Notes: generated by a model from the sequence alone, not told the origin. Positions 13,772 to 27,142 are shown, numbered from the stretch's first letter. The stretch is DNA of 64,000 nt from Squalus acanthias (GCA_030390025.1 CM059432.1:29700001-29764000); one strand, 5' to 3'. Translations and numbers: made by a program.

Positions 13772-15249
13772 ATTGTTCTTGGACAGGGTACAGTGCAGAA
13801 TCCATAGAATGATACCGGGACTTAAAGGGTTAAATTATGAGGACAGGCTGCATAAACTTGGTTTGCATTACCTTGCGTTGGAAGGTTGAGGGGCAATCTA
13901 ATAGACGTGGCATTCTTTTTTTAAATGGGAAGGCTAGGTGAAGCGCCAAAGCCCATGTACTGTAGGACATCACTGAGGTTCAAAATATCAGGAAAGATGA
14001 TATGTTAGGACCCCTACCACCAATAAGGGCAAAAGCAGCAATGTTGTGGGAATACCATCACTTCCAAGTTCCCCTCCAAGTCACACACCATCCTGATCTG
14101 GACTATATCACCATTCTATCATTGTCACTGGGTCGGGGATGGCCAATAAATGCCGGCCTTACCAGCAACGCCGACTTCATGAGAATGATTTTTTAAAACA
14201 TTCCCTACCTAATGCCATTGTGAAAACACTAACACCAGAAGGACTGCAGCAATTCAAGAAAAAGGCCCACTACCACCTTCTCGGAGCAACTAAGAAAGGG
14301 CAATAAATGTGACCTTGCCAGTGTAACCTATATGTCAAGAACATTTTTTTTAAAGCCTTGAGATTGAAATAGCAAGAGAAGACTGAGGGAGCTAAAGAGT
14401 CCCACAGTTCTGAGGTGTAGAGTAGAAGACTATGCAATGTGCATTGATTTCAACACAATGAGGATTGCAGGAAGGTGAAAGAAAATGTCGGACATATTTG
14501 GACTTTTGCAGGAACAGAGAGGAAAATTCAGAGAAGTACTAACCATAGTAGTATCAATACAATATAGAAAGAGACATGAATAGTTGTGACAGGAAGAAAG
14601 AGGTTGGAGGCCACATAGGTTGGAAGCATTCCCTTGTATCCTATTCAGGAGTGTGAGAAAGGTGTTAGAAGCCACTGTTTTAGGCATCTGACATATTAAA
14701 AAGTGGTAGTTGTGTTGTTAATGAAGAGGCACACATTAACCATCTCTCATGACTACATAAAGCACAAGTGACAGGAAAAGCAAAGCCAGGAGTAGCTGGC
14801 AGACAGACGAGTTGTTCATTGGCAATGAGGAGGCTGGGCATGACTTCATCACTGATTGTTGAGCTTGGCACACTTCTTAGGAATGCGAGACTCACAACGC
14901 TGTCAGGGATGAGATGAATGATCTGTAATCCTTGCACACTAATGAGGAAATTACTATTCTCCTATGCCTTAAGGTTACAACAATTACAGCAATAATTGAT
15001 GTTATACAGAGGGAGTTATGAGAAGACAGTAAACAAGGATTACTACAATGTTGATAAGGAATACTCTAGTCTACAAACATTGTGTGCTGGTGTGCCATGG
15101 ATCACTAACATGAAATAAGTTTTGCTTAAGTTTCTCATTGACAACATAACAATGGTCACTACACTCCAAAAATATTATTGATTATATAGAACACACTGAC
15201 ATGTTTTGAAGTGAAGGGTGCTATATAAATGGAAGTATTATTATTATTG

Positions 15250-15592
15250 TTAGAAAGAAAGAACTCCCATTTTTATACTGCCTTTCACAACCTCAGGATG
15301 TCCCAAAGCGCTTTACAGCTAATGAAGTACTTTTTAAAATGTCGTCACTGTTGTAGTGTAGGGAACGTGGCAGCCAATTTGCACACAGCAATGTCCCACA
15401 AACAACAATGAAATAAATGACCAGATAATCTGTTTTTTGGTGATGTTGGTTGAGGAATAAATATTGGCCATGACACCGGGGAGAATTCCCCTGCTCCTCT
15501 TCGAAATAGTGCTGTAGGCCCATCTGAGAGGGCAGACGGGGCCTCAGTTTAATGTCTTATCCGAAAGACGGCACCTCTAACAGTGCAGCACT
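15250..15592 (-). mobile_element. Deu-SINE (SacSINE1-like), 5'-truncated
   Basis: Reverse complement of body and tail of the 7823 copy. Confidence 0.75.
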
Positions 15593-15951
15593 CATTAATA
15601 TTATTATAGCAGCAATTTTACACTGGGAATAATTCACTCATGTAATAGATAACCATTTACTACAGGGAATCCTGTTCTAAACAGCATAAAGTGCTACCCA
15701 GAGCAGTGACTGCAGACTCAGTTAGAAAGCGCTGACACTTGGTACAGTGAAAATGCACATTAGAATAGACTGTGATAGAGGAGCGTGTATCAGATGCTGG
15801 GGGAGAGGGGAATTGCTTTCTGTAGAGGACATAACCCAGAGTGAAAAGAGTAAAAGAGATGGGATCAGTCAAAAAGTAATAGTTAAGTGAGAGTAAGCTT
15901 AGGTGTTAAAAGCTGTTAGATTATAAGAGGAAGGAAAGACTGAAGGATAAG

Positions 15952-16136
15952 GGGGGTGAAATTAATCTTGGGCAGATGAGCAAAATGGGCGACAGCACCC
16001 CTGCAGCCTGTTTTACGTTTCGCCTCATCTTCTTTTCTACTGAATTCAATGCAAAAGAAAATTGGGCGTGTGTAAAATGGGCTGCCGATGTGTTATTGCC
16101 CGTCTTGCACAATTGCCCAAGACAAGTTTCACCCCC
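15952..16136. mobile_element. Harbinger-like MITE
   Basis: TIRs GGGGGTGAAATTAATCTTGGGCA / revcomp GGGGGTGAAACTTGTCTTGGGCA; TSD AAG at 15949-15951 and 16137-16139. Confidence 0.8.
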
Positions 16137-16359
16137 AAGGAGATCTCGCAGTTTTGAGCACCTGGGAAAGAATGAATCAGATTGGAGACTGAGAGTCTTC
16201 CAGACCATGCACTCGTAGGATGGAATATTTGGAGTTCAGAAGGAAGAAGAGGCGGAGCACCGATCATAATGGAATTGATAAGAGAGAAAAACAAGAGGGG
16301 TTGCGACAGAGAAAGGTTATGAGCCTAGAGGTGAGTGAATGATCACAGATCAGTCTACA

Positions 16360-18370
16360 TCAGACTAATTAACATTGGCGCAGCACTAAACTCACTGTGC
16401 AAGGCTGGTTTTCAGGCGGTAGTCTCAGCAGGAGGCCCAATATAGCGTGGCCGTAGCATCCCTGGAGCAAGAACAGCCTTCTCTTAAAGCAAGCTTATCA
16501 TTTTAGAAAGCAGTGTCTTAAAGGGAAAAAAATTTAAATTATTTTAAAATAGGCAGTTTTTAGCCCTTACAACTCAACTGATTTACTGAAAAAAAAGTAA
16601 ACATTAAAAAGCATTCCCAAATGGCAGTCTTCGGCTCTTAAAGCTGAATTTAAAAAATAGGAAAAGTGCTTCAGCATTAAAACAAATGGCTCAGCAAGCC
16701 AGGGAAGGGGCACCCAGGGACTCGCACGCAAGACAGGTCCTCTACCCACAGGGGTCAGGAGGCCCTCAAGAAAGAAGGATGTGGGACCAGATCACCGAGG
16801 CCGTCACTGCCAGCAGTGTCGCCCCCACCACCTGGCTCCAGTGCTGAATGAAGCTTCATGACCTCAGACCACTGGTCAAGGTCAGTGAATGCATCTTCAA
16901 AAGCCGTCTCCTACCAACTGCACCACCAGCCTCACACAATGCTCAATGCACAACTCTCCATCCCCAATCACTCACCTACCAACAATCTGTACCAAACACG
17001 ATGCACAGCTCCCATTCCTAACTTCACCTCACCCCCTTGGAGGAGATGGTGCTGGCCATTCTTGTCAGGGGCATGGCTGAGCCCTTGGCCAGCGGCAGAG
17101 CTGAAAGGATACAAGATGCTGGTACCCTCATGCATTATCCTCTTTCTCTCATGCACCTCTTGCTTTCCTGCCCTCCCCTCACCTCAACTCCACCCTTGTG
17201 CCTTCCTCATTTCACACACCCAAGAAATGCAGCCTGCTCAACAGTGATTGACCAAGAAGAGGGAGAGGAGAGTGAAGAAGAAGAAGAAGAAGAAGAACCG
17301 TCACTCAATTTCACACTCCCAGCCACCAGCTCCTCAACATCGACCTGCAAGGCTATTTGCAGTGTCCCCCACTGAAAGTCAGCAGCCTTCCACCACCCAT
17401 GCTGCAGCCACTGGGGTAGCACTGTGTGACATCAATAGGATAGGTAAAGGTACAAACAAGACAGTCACTAAGCAAATCCATAAGGGTGATTAGTTGGTTT
17501 CTTGATGTCATATTGGATGGATAGATGTATAAAGTTGGATTGGAAAACTTTATGGTGGCTTTTATTTCAGCATTGAGGTTAAGAGGATACTATGATGGTC
17601 AGTAACAGAGGGAAGGTAAGGTGTGGGACGAATGTTTAAAGGGGAATTGGGGTTGTGGTCACTGGTACTGCAGATGGATGATTCCACCCCGGATATCCCA
17701 GTCAGAAAGGGGCTGTCTGGTTGCATCCTTCCTTCTGCTTCCTCATTCTCTGCTTCTTCCTCTTCTGCGTCTTCTTCTTCCCTCTGCAAGTGAATGCTGG
17801 AAATCTGAAACAAAAGCAGAAAATGCCGTAAATACTCAGCAGGTCAGGCAGCATCTCAATCTAAGACGTGAACTCTGTTTCTCTCTCCACGGTGCTGCCT
17901 GACCTGCTGAGTATTTCCAGCATTTTCTGTCTTCTCAGAGGCCTTCCTTTACATCCGAGGCCTTGCATGCATCCAGCAGCACTCCCTGCACACTTTAAAA
18001 ACTTTTAACATCTATTGCACCAAGCCACTACTGCAATAAAATATTAAAAATCCAGGCCAAAAGCTTAAATGCAAACTTACCTGAAAGATGTGTGTGTCCC
18101 TTTAAGTAGCACTGACAGCGTCTCTGTAGGTCTGCTGCACGCTCGCTTTTCTGCGCGAGCTTAGGACCCAGCATTAAACTCAGCGCAAAAGTCCAAGTTC
18201 GCAGATTTGCATGTCTAAGGCCAGCGCTGCTAACAGCAGCGCTATAGTCCTCACCAAAATGGCGGCTGGCGAGTCCCACACTAGAGGTGGGCGGAAGTGA
18301 GGCAGCCGCCATTCTTATTCACAAAACGGGTGATACCAGGTGGCGGGTAAGTACCCGAATTTCCAGCCCC
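16360..18370. mobile_element. Harbinger-type non-autonomous element B (inverted relative of A), left end truncated
   Basis: Colinear reverse-complement similarity to about 2900-4900 (same peptide MLPQWLQHGWWKAADFQWGTLQ in both); ends GAATTTCCAGCCCC. Confidence 0.8.
17792..17929. mobile_element. Penelope-like inverted pLTR remnant (second family) inside element B
   Basis: 37-bp inverted arms 17817-17853 / 17893-17929 (35/37 identical); absent from element A; related relic near 26160. Confidence 0.6.
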
Positions 18371-19004
18371 ATGGAGTCTAATATCATTGTCTATTGATAC
18401 ATCAGTTCAATTCATTAGCCCCTGAGCTCTTTCCCATTACAGCATTGTTCTGAGTGACATTCCTTTCATGAGTCCAGCAGACATCCAGGGTTTAAATCCA
18501 ACGTAAAACCACCAGAGACGCTGAAGCTGCCTCAGCAGTTACATATGGAGACCCTCGTGATAGTGGAACCTCCAGGAGTGAGACAACAACATTCTAATTG
18601 TCTCAGTCCTGGGGAGTAAGACAACAACTAGAATGTCGTTTCATTCCTGGAGTAAAGTAGCGAAGGAGTGTCACACATGTTAATACGTTTGTTCATTATA
18701 CTGCACAGTGCAATTTCAACCTCTAAGTCTATAGAAAAAGACTTCAAAAATGGTGTCTTTTTACATTATAACAATGTAGATTACAGTGCAATTTGATAGA
18801 TGTGTTAAAAATTCTGAAAGGATGGGACAGGGTAGATAGAAGGAGACTGTTTCCAGTAGTTGACGGGTCAAGAATGAGGAGCCATAGATACAAGATTAAC
18901 TGTAAAGAGATTTAGAACAGAGGCCAGGGGAAACTCCTTCATGCAGAGAGTTGTGAGACTGTGGAATTTACTTCCAGGGTTATGATTGAGGCAGAAACTG
19001 TAGC

Positions 19005-19115
19005 CAGGAAATTCCTCAGAGCTGCTCCTGCTCTGCTGGCATTACTTTGTTGTGGGGAAACGGGGTTTCCAGTGAAGTAATGGCGGTGGATCAGAAACAG
19101 CTCCGAAGAATTTCC
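19005..19115. mobile_element. Short hairpin MITE
   Basis: Imperfect inverted arms GGAAATTCCTCAGAGCTG...CATTACTT / AAGTAATG...CAGCTCCGAAGAATTTCC. Confidence 0.55.
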
Positions 19116-21108
19116 CAGTCTTTTTCAACATTAGTTTGTATAGGTGAATGAAGGAAAAGGAGTTTAAGGGATACATAAGCCGGGTGAGTAGGAACAGAGG
19201 AACATAGGAACAGGAGGAGGTCATTCAGCCCCTCGAGCCTGTTCCGCCATTCAATTAGATCATGGCTGATCTGTATCTTAACGTCATTTACCCACCTTGG
19301 CTCCATATCTCTTAATACCCTTACCTAACAAAAATCTATCAATCTCAATTTTGACATTTTCAATTGAACTAGCCTTAACAGCTTTTTGGGTTAGAGAGTT
19401 TCAGGGTAAATGTGATTAGAACTATTTGCTTGAGTGGAGGGTAAATGCCCACACGGACTGGTTGGGTCGATTGCCGCCTGTTTCCATCTTGTAACTTCTA
19501 TGCATTTTCCTATTTTTTAATTTCCACATATGTTAACAAAAATAACCACTCCCCTTCTGACCCATTTTTCATTGACCCAACGTATAAGTTACACTTGGGT
19601 CCGGGTGAGCCCATTCAGAGTTGTGTTACATTTCTACGAGAGAGACAACAATTGAGTCACCCAACAAGAGCATCATTGGTCTGATTTGAGGGCACTTTAG
19701 CTGCCATGATCCATCAACAATAGAACCTAAATTATTGAGTACAGCAGCCTAATGGTACACTGTAAATGTCTGCTCACATAGGAAAGCTGTCCTTTACACA
19801 GCACAACAGAATGAAACAATTGCCACAACATATTAATAGTAAACTGCAATATCCATTTTTCTTTTGGTCTTTACAATCTTATTCTGCCCTTAATCTAACA
19901 GTACATTTCCCTGAATTCCAAGAGATAATGGATCAATTAAGAAAGCTTATTGTATTTGAATTGGCTCCTTTAAATTTTACTGTTGCAAATCATAGGTTCT
20001 CTGTTACGTTCACGCGACCAGTTCTGCCTAATGATGTAATTTAATGATAGAAGAATGGCTGAGGTTCAACTTAAGACGTCATCAATGGAATAGTCTGTTG
20101 TAGGGTAAGGGAGGGGAAGTGAGACTCCAATTATACAGAGTAGCTGGTAAGACCTTATTTTGGAATATGTGTTCTATTCTGTGTGCCCCACCTTAGGAAG
20201 AATACACTGGCCTTGGACAAAGGGATGATACCTGGGACTCAGCTATGATGAGAGACTGCAGAATCTTTGGTAATATTCCCTGGAGTTGAGAACATTAACG
20301 GGCAATCTAATGGAAGCGGTTAAATAATGAAGGAAGTTGGTAGAGTAGATAGGGAACGACTCTTCCCTCTATTATAGGAATCCAGAACAAGGGGGCATAA
20401 TTTTAGGATTCAAATTTAGCTGGTTAAAATTGAGTCCAGGAAAAATGTATTCACACAAAAGGTTGTGAGAATGTTGAACACAGCAACCCAGAAGATCAGA
20501 GATGCCAAGTCAACTGCTGGTTAAAAGGAAGATAGATAATTAGTCAGCAATTAAAGATATCAAAGGATATGGAGAAAAGGCAGGGAAGTGGGATTTAAAA
20601 GATATAAAGCTTCTGTAGCAAACAAAATGACAGAGAAAGTTCCTATGAGACAGGTAAACAAACATTGACAAGCATCAAAGGTGAATATTCTGGGTTTGTA
20701 ACCTTCAAGCAGATTAAATGTTTCAATGAACCCTTTCTATACATCTCCAAGCTCATGACAAGTGCACTGCCCAGTAGAGAACAGAGACATGCAAAGCAGG
20801 AAGATCCCAGGTTCCATCTGTGTTGTGGGTTAGCTGATCTGAGGCAAGATGGTGGTAAGAGGCACTGGAGCCAGAGAAAGGAACAATCAGCAATGGTTCC
20901 TGCTCCTGAACACAAATCAGTGACCTCCGCTGGAAAGTTTATGTGTGTGAACATTGAGTGGGACGCTCCCCAATATTTGAGTAGTTGTGTGTATGCCATT
21001 GACTTCAATAGAAAAGCAAATCAGGCGAGGTGTACAATAATTAAAAATAAACTATTGAACAGTGAGTAAGGAGGAATAAAACTCCAGTTTATTTCACCAC
21101 ACGTACAC

Positions 21109-21315
21109 CTTCTGAGAAGAGGATTCTGAATGAGATGTTCAATCGTCTTAAAAGTGTGGTTTTCATCTCCCAGTCAAACAAAGGCCATGTTGTATATATA
21201 CTGGCTGCTGTAATACAACTTCTTTTCTCTGCGTTGTCAGAAGATGATGAGGACAGTATCTTCTGGGAGTTGCTCACTGTGAAACATGAAAGCTCCATCA
21301 GAGATGTATTGGGTT
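21109..21315 (-). other. Weak candidate exon (207 nt, phase 1-1), product unknown
   Basis: Unique sequence; ttttccttccag acceptor; open frame PNTSLMELSCF...RILFSE; weak donor; no homology recognised. Confidence 0.15.
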
Positions 21316-21485
21316 CTGGAAGGAAAATCAATGCAGATCTGAATCACACAGAAGGAATGAGCTCGAATCCAAAATAAAAGCTGTCCAGGCTGGCAGCATC
21401 TGATCTGAGGCAGGCGATCAGACTAGGGGAGCTTTATTTTATTCGAATTATTCCAAACTCTCCCGGCTGGGCAGACAATTGAAGT

Positions 21486-21952
21486 GTCAGCCCTAGCTCA
21501 GTGGGTACCATTCTCGCTTCTGATTCAGTATGGTCGTGGGTTCAAGTCCCACTCCAGAAACTTGAGCACAAAATCTAGGCTGACACTCCAATGCAGTACT
21601 GAGGGAGTGCTGCACTGTCGGAGGTGCTGACTTTTGGATGAGACGTTAAACCGAGGCCCTGTCTGCCCTCTCAGGTGGACTTAAAAGAGTCCACGGCACT
21701 ATTTGAAGAAGAGTAGGGGGGTTCACCTGGCGTCCTGGCCAAGATTTATCCGTCAACCAGGATCACTAAAACAAATTATCTGGTTATTATCACATTGCTG
21801 TTTGGTGGACCTTACTGTGCGCAAACTGGCTGCTGCATTTCCTACATTACAGCAGAGACTACACTTCAAAAGAATTTAATTGGCTGTAAGGTGCTTTGGG
21901 ACGTTCTGGGGTCATGAACGGTGCTATATAAATGCAAGCTTTTCTTCTTTCT
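21486..21952 (+). mobile_element. Deu-SINE (SacSINE1-like), full length
   Basis: tRNA-like head with A/B boxes, shared body, L2-like tail. Confidence 0.8.
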
Positions 21953-22081
21953 TACTATAGTGAAAGAAACACTAGGTGGTGAATAGCAATGTGCAGAAGA
22001 TTTGTGTCATTTATACTGCACACGCAATCCAGGAGCTGTGGAGATAATTTTGAGATCAGCATAGTTTTAATATCATTTGAA

Positions 22082-22795
22082 AACAACAACAACAACAACT
22101 TGTATTTATATAGTGCCTTTAACGTAGTAAAACGTCCCAAGGCGCTTCACAGGAGTATTAAAAGAAAAAAAATTTGACACCGAGCCACATAAGGATAAAT
22201 TAGGGCAGGTGACCAAAAGCTTGGTCAAAGAGGTAGCGTCTTAAAGGAGGAAAGAGAGGTAGCGAGGCGGACAGGTTTAGGCAGGGAATTCCAGAGCTTA
22301 GGGCCGAGGCAACAAGAGGCACGGCCACCAAAGGTTGAGCGATTATAATCAGGGATGCTCAAGAGGGCAGAATTAGAGGAGCGCAGATATCTCGGGGGGT
22401 TGTGGGGCTGGAGTAGATTACAGAGATAGGGAGGGGCGAGGCCATGGAGGGATTTGAAAACAAGGATGAGAATTTTGAAATCGAGGCACTGCTTAACCGG
22501 GAGCCAATGTAGGTCAGCGAGCACAGGGGTGATGGGCAAACTGGACTTGGTGCGAGTTAGGACACGGGCAGCCGAGTTTTGGATGGAATGTGGGAGGCCA
22601 GCCAGGAGTGCGTTGGAATAGTCAAGTCTAGAGGTAACAAAGGCATGGATCAGGGTTTCAGCAGCGGATGAGCTGAGGCAAGGGCAGAGACGGGCGATAT
22701 TACGGAGGTGGAAGTAGGCGGTCTTTGTTATGCTGCGGATATGTGGTCGGAAACTCATTTCAGGGTCAAATATGACACCAAGGTTGCGAACATTA
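22082..22795 (-). mobile_element. L2 LINE 3' end
   Basis: ORF 22225-22833 (VRNLGVIFD...LIHAFVTSRLDYSNALL...LHWLPV); (CAA)n tail. Confidence 0.92.
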
Positions 22796-22839
22796 AACTG
22801 AAAAAAACTGGAGGGGACTCTTGTACTCAGCAAAGTAAT

Positions 22840-23017
22840 GGGGGTAAATTTTCATCTTCGCCGCCTGGGTGGTAATCCGGAGGAGCAGATGGCTCACCCA
22901 TTGTAGTATCCTGCCTGATTTTCATTAACTTGACATCAATGTGATGAAGACAGGATGGACTTTATATATGCTCCACTTGATTACAACCCAGGTAATGAAG
23001 AGGAAAATGTAAACCCC
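22840..23017. mobile_element. Degenerate Harbinger-like MITE
   Basis: GGGGGTAAATTTTCATCTTC ... GAAGAGGAAAATGTAAACCCC inverted ends. Confidence 0.55.
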
Positions 23018-23039
23018 TCATATCATGGTTGGCAATGCA

Positions 23040-23370
23040 AAGAAGAAACTTGCATTTATATAGCGCCTTTCATTACCTTAGTACGTCCCAAAGTGCTTTA
23101 CAGCTAATGAATTACTTTTTGAAGTGTAGTCACTGTTGTAATGTAGGAAACGCGGCAGCCAATTGTGCACAGCAAGGTCCTACAAACAGCAATGAAATAC
23201 TGACCAGCTAAGCTGTTTTAGTGACGTTGGTTGAGGGATAAATATTGGCCAAGACACTAGGGAGAAATACCCTGCTCTTCTTCAAATAGTGCTGTGAGCT
23301 CCTTTACGTCCATCAGAGAGGACAGATGGGGCCTCGGTTTAACATCTTTGAAGGACTGATGCAGCACTTC
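23040..23370 (-). mobile_element. Deu-SINE, 5'-truncated
   Basis: Matches the 15250 copy. Confidence 0.7.
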
Positions 23371-23915
23371 TCCAACCTATACGTCCAGTATTACCAATTT
23401 GTACTCTCAAGCTAGAGGGTATAGCTTCCTCTCAATCATCATCATGTCAGGTGCAGCATAGGTCAGATGCAGAGTATACAGAGGAATAGTAGACCCTCTA
23501 TATTACATTACATAGGATTACATAGGATATACAGCACAGAAACAGGCCATTCGGCCCAACAAGTCCATGCAGGCATTTATGCTCCACTCGAGCCTCCTCC
23601 CGTCTTTCCTCATCTAACATTATCAGCATAACCCTCTATTCCCTTCTCCCTAATATGCTTATCTAGCTTCCCCTTAAATGCATCTATATAATTTGCTTCA
23701 ACCACTCCCTGTGGTAGCGAGTTCCACATTCTCACCACTCTCTGGGTAAAGAAGTTTCTTCTGAATTCCCTATTTGATTTCTTGGTGACTATCTTATAAC
23801 GATGGCCTTCAGTTTTGCTCTTCCCCACAAGTGGAAACACTCTCTCTGTGTCTACTCTATTGAAATCTTTCATGATTTTAAAGACCTCTATTAGGTCTCA
23901 GCCTTCTCTTTTCAA

Positions 23916-24005
23916 ATGTGAGAAGTCGCACAACACCAGGTTATAGTCCAACAGCTTTATTTGAAATCACAAGCTTTCGGAGCGCTGCTCCTTCGTCAGG
24001 TGAAG
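23916..24005 (-). mobile_element. Solo Penelope-like pLTR fragment, 90 bp
   Basis: Near-identical to part of the 44-kb arms; flanked by 11-bp duplication TCTCTTTTCAA (23905-23915, 24006-24016). Confidence 0.8.
23967..24003 (-). ncRNA. Minimal type I hammerhead ribozyme motif
   Basis: UCAC-CUGACGA-A-GGAGC(AGC)GCUCC-GAAAGCUU-GUGA: catalytic core boxes, stems I and II, palindromic AGCU in place of stem III. Confidence 0.75.
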
Positions 24006-24124
24006 TCTCTTTTCAAGACCCAGCCTGTATATATTAAGCGATAGTCAGTCCTGTATGTATTATTATACGGGAAGCATAGATCCTGTATATACTATAGGAG
24101 GTAGCAGACGAATAGTAGATCTAC

Positions 24125-24440
24125 GGGCAACATGATGGCATAGTGGTTAGCACTGTTACCTCACAGCGCCAGGGACCTGGGTTCGAATCCGGCCCCGGGT
24201 GACTGTCTGTGTGGAGTTTGCACATTCTCCCCGTGTCTGCGTGGGTTTCCTCCGGGTGCTCCGGTTTCCTCCCACAGTCCAAAGATGTGCGGGTTAGGTT
24301 GATTTGGCTATGATAAATTGACCCTTAGTGTTAGGGGGATAAATACGTGGGGTTACGGGGATAGGGTGGGGTATGTGTCGGTGCAGGCTCGATGGGCCGA
24401 AATGGCCTCTATCTGCACTGTGGGGATTCTGTGATTCTAT
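24125..24440 (+). mobile_element. V-SINE (HE1-like elasmobranch SINE)
   Basis: tRNA head (TGGCATAGTGG, GGTTCGAATCC); V-domain GTGTGGAGTTTGCACATTCTCCCCGTGTCTGCGTGGGTTTCCTCCGGGTGCTCCGGTTTCCTCCCACAGTCCAAAGA; CR1-like tail. Confidence 0.9.
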
Positions 24441-24689
24441 ATATCATAAGAATAATAAATCCTGTATACATTATACAGAATAGCAAACTGTGCTGTATAT
24501 ATTTTAGAGAATAGCAGACCTTGTATATAGTATAAGGAGTAGCTGAACTCATATATATTATAGTTTAAAATATTATACATTATTTATTATAATGGCAGAC
24601 ACTGTAAATACTATAGGGCAAAGCACACTCTATATGTAAGTTGTAGCGGATGCTACATCCTCAGCACTGCTTGGCCGGAGTTGGGAAAA

Positions 24690-24920
24690 ATTAACCGAGT
24701 TCCTGTTCCTGATCATTATCCAGTAACCCCTGCTGGAGTTGGGCCTGTATAGATGTTGGATAAGGACAAGTTCAGGCTTGATTCTGGTGCCCTCCATGGT
24801 CAAATAGCACATCGCCGCACATTGTCCAGGCTCATGCATGAAAAATGGCCACTTAGGTGAGTGACCTGAGTATGACTGGTACCCTGCACAAATCAACACC
24901 TTCGAAAGAGGAAAAGCCAA
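24690..24920 (+). repeat. Old dispersed repeat (probable SINE family); further copies near 20790, 26390(-), 26690, 45870(-) and 60555
   Basis: Shared core similar to TTCCTGYTCYTGRTCAYYATCCAGTRACC...GCTGGA. Confidence 0.6.
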
Positions 24921-26159
24921 CTGCAATGTAATGACCTCCGGCACAGAGTATTAAAGGAATGGGGCTGGGCTCACTCTCACACGCCAGCCATGCACAGGAG
25001 AATCAGGATACGGTTTCACAGCTGTAGCAGTTAATTGAAAGCAGCCGGTGCAAATTCTGAAACTCTTTGAAGAGCCGTCCGTGTTGTGTTACTTGTTTCC
25101 ACTAGGGTAGATAATTAACTGACAACTGATCAGGTTTAGGAAAAAACAAAGAGCGAGAGAGAGAGAGAGAAAGAAGGAGAGCTTTCGCCATCCTCTTCCA
25201 AGTATGCAGACAAAAGGAACTGAGAAAATTGATACAGGCAAATTGTACACTGTGACCAAAAGGTTTAAAAATCAGGGAACACAGGTTAACAATTAGGAGC
25301 AACAACTTTCATTTATGTAATACCATTAGCACAGGAAAATATCCCAAGGTGCTACACAGTCGTGTAAGGAAGAAATGAATCCCAAGCCAAAGAAGGCGAT
25401 AGCAGGTCAGTAAGATGGGAAGTCAGGGTAAGAGATGCAGAATAAGTTACCATTGAATTGGGCAATCAGAATGGATTCAGGAGACAATTGGCTGCGTTTC
25501 TGCAGGGAGAAGGGATTGAGGGATGTGTGGGGATGGTTTCTGTCACCACGAGTAGTGGCATGGTAAATAAGCGCGTTCTAAATTAGTGCGCCTGCAGTTT
25601 CACGGGAAGTACCAGAGGAAATCTTTGTGCCATTGTTTAAGCTTCTGCGTAATCAGCCCCAGACTCTCCAATGGCAAGAAAGGCCTTGATCTCAGAAAAA
25701 GGGATGAGCTTGTTGTGCCTAATGGCCTTTCCCTGTTCGTAAAATTTCTCTTGTGCTTTAAGCTGCGGTCTAGTCAGTACAAACTGGAGGGAGTGGAGAC
25801 AGAGGGGGGAAGGAAACCTCAGCAATAATTCATCACAACACAAACAACCTGCTCAACGACAAAGCTGCCCACAGTTAAAACAAACTAAAATTTCCTTCTG
25901 CTCATGAAAGATTCAAGCGAGGCTCTTGTCAAAGTTAATTGGGGGAAACTTGACTAGCTGTCGGTCGACACAGTCTGTTGGTTTTCGTTTAAATGCCTTA
26001 AAAAATCAGCTGCCGAAAATTTCTGTTTTCCTTCAGGAGTGATGGTTACGGTGTGACACCCGAGACCTTATACAGTTGGTGGGAGGAGGGTACAACCTAC
26101 AGGGAGGTTTAAGGCATTTTACCCGAGGAATCGTTCTCGTCCCTCGTAAAGAGCAGCTT

Positions 26160-26260
26160 TTTGAAGAAGGGTCTCACCTGGGACATCAATTTATCTGTTC
26201 TTCCCACAGATGTTGACTGACTTGCTGTGTGTTTGCAGCAGTTTCTGGTTTTGTTGCAGC
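26160..26260 (+). mobile_element. Degenerate Penelope-like pLTR relic
   Basis: TGAAGAAGGGTC...CCACAGATGTTGACTGACTTGCTG similar to the 17893 arm; hammerhead core decayed. Confidence 0.45.
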
Positions 26261-27142
26261 ATTGTATTTCTGCTTGTTATTTTTCTCCCCAGGTGTTTTC
26301 CATCCTAATCCTGAGGCATTGGTTTCTGGGGTTTGGTTCCACGGGCCCTCTCCTGTACTCAGTTGTGGCATTGTGGAGAGGACCCCCAAGTGTTCATTAT
26401 TCATATGAGTGTCAGTAGATGATTCGACCCTGATGGTATCACTGTGGACCCAATCCTATCCTCACCCAACATCTGCATACACATCAGGGTTGATTTTTGA
26501 AATGGCCATCGGTTGTCATTTGGCAGTTTAAGTGATCAATGTACTGGTGTATATCTTCTTAGTATGGCTAGTATCGCTACAAGGTGTTATTAAATGTAAT
26601 GGTTCTGTGCTGTTGGCCAATTTCAACCAGGTCAGTTGTAGGGATGCCGGAATTGGTCACAGCACCCCTGGATTAGAGAGGGGAGAAACAGGCAGGGTTC
26701 CTGCTCTTGGTCACCATCCAGTGACCCTCTCCTCCCTTGCTGGAAAAAGCAGATACGTGGATGTTGGACAAGGGCAGGATTGGGTTCAGCTGTGATGTCC
26801 GACATAGTCAAATAGCTGTGAAAAGAAGCAGGGTTTGAGGCGTGATGGGAATACATCCCAATAAACCCCTTCAAAAAAGAAAACTTTTGTTGCCAAATGT
26901 GAAGATGAAAAGATTGGAGGTACTTTTCACCTTCACCCCGCTTGAGCAGTTAACTGCTGGAGCTGCCCACATGCCCATTGTACAACCTGCCTGACCTTCA
27001 AGTCCATTAAGTCCAATATTAGGAAAATCAAGTAAGCTCAATAACGGGCGGACAAACCATTCTGCTAGTTTATTGGCCAAGCGGTGAAGGTAAAACATCT
27101 CCCACTGAACAAGAACATCTGGAAAACAGAAAGAGGTAGGAA

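Larger units (their letters stand above)
23503..24030 (-). mobile_element. CR1 LINE 3' end carrying a Penelope-like insertion
   Basis: ORF 23610-23873 (RRNFFTQRVVRMWNSLP); (TACATAGGAT) tail. Confidence 0.88.

Noticed and set aside
2848..18370. Elements A and B as ends of one composite transposon
   Set aside because: A has its own TSD on both sides and the copies are clearly diverged; independent insertions
24125..24200. tRNA genes here and at 7823, 21486 and 56334
   Set aside because: A/B boxes run into SINE bodies; these are SINE heads
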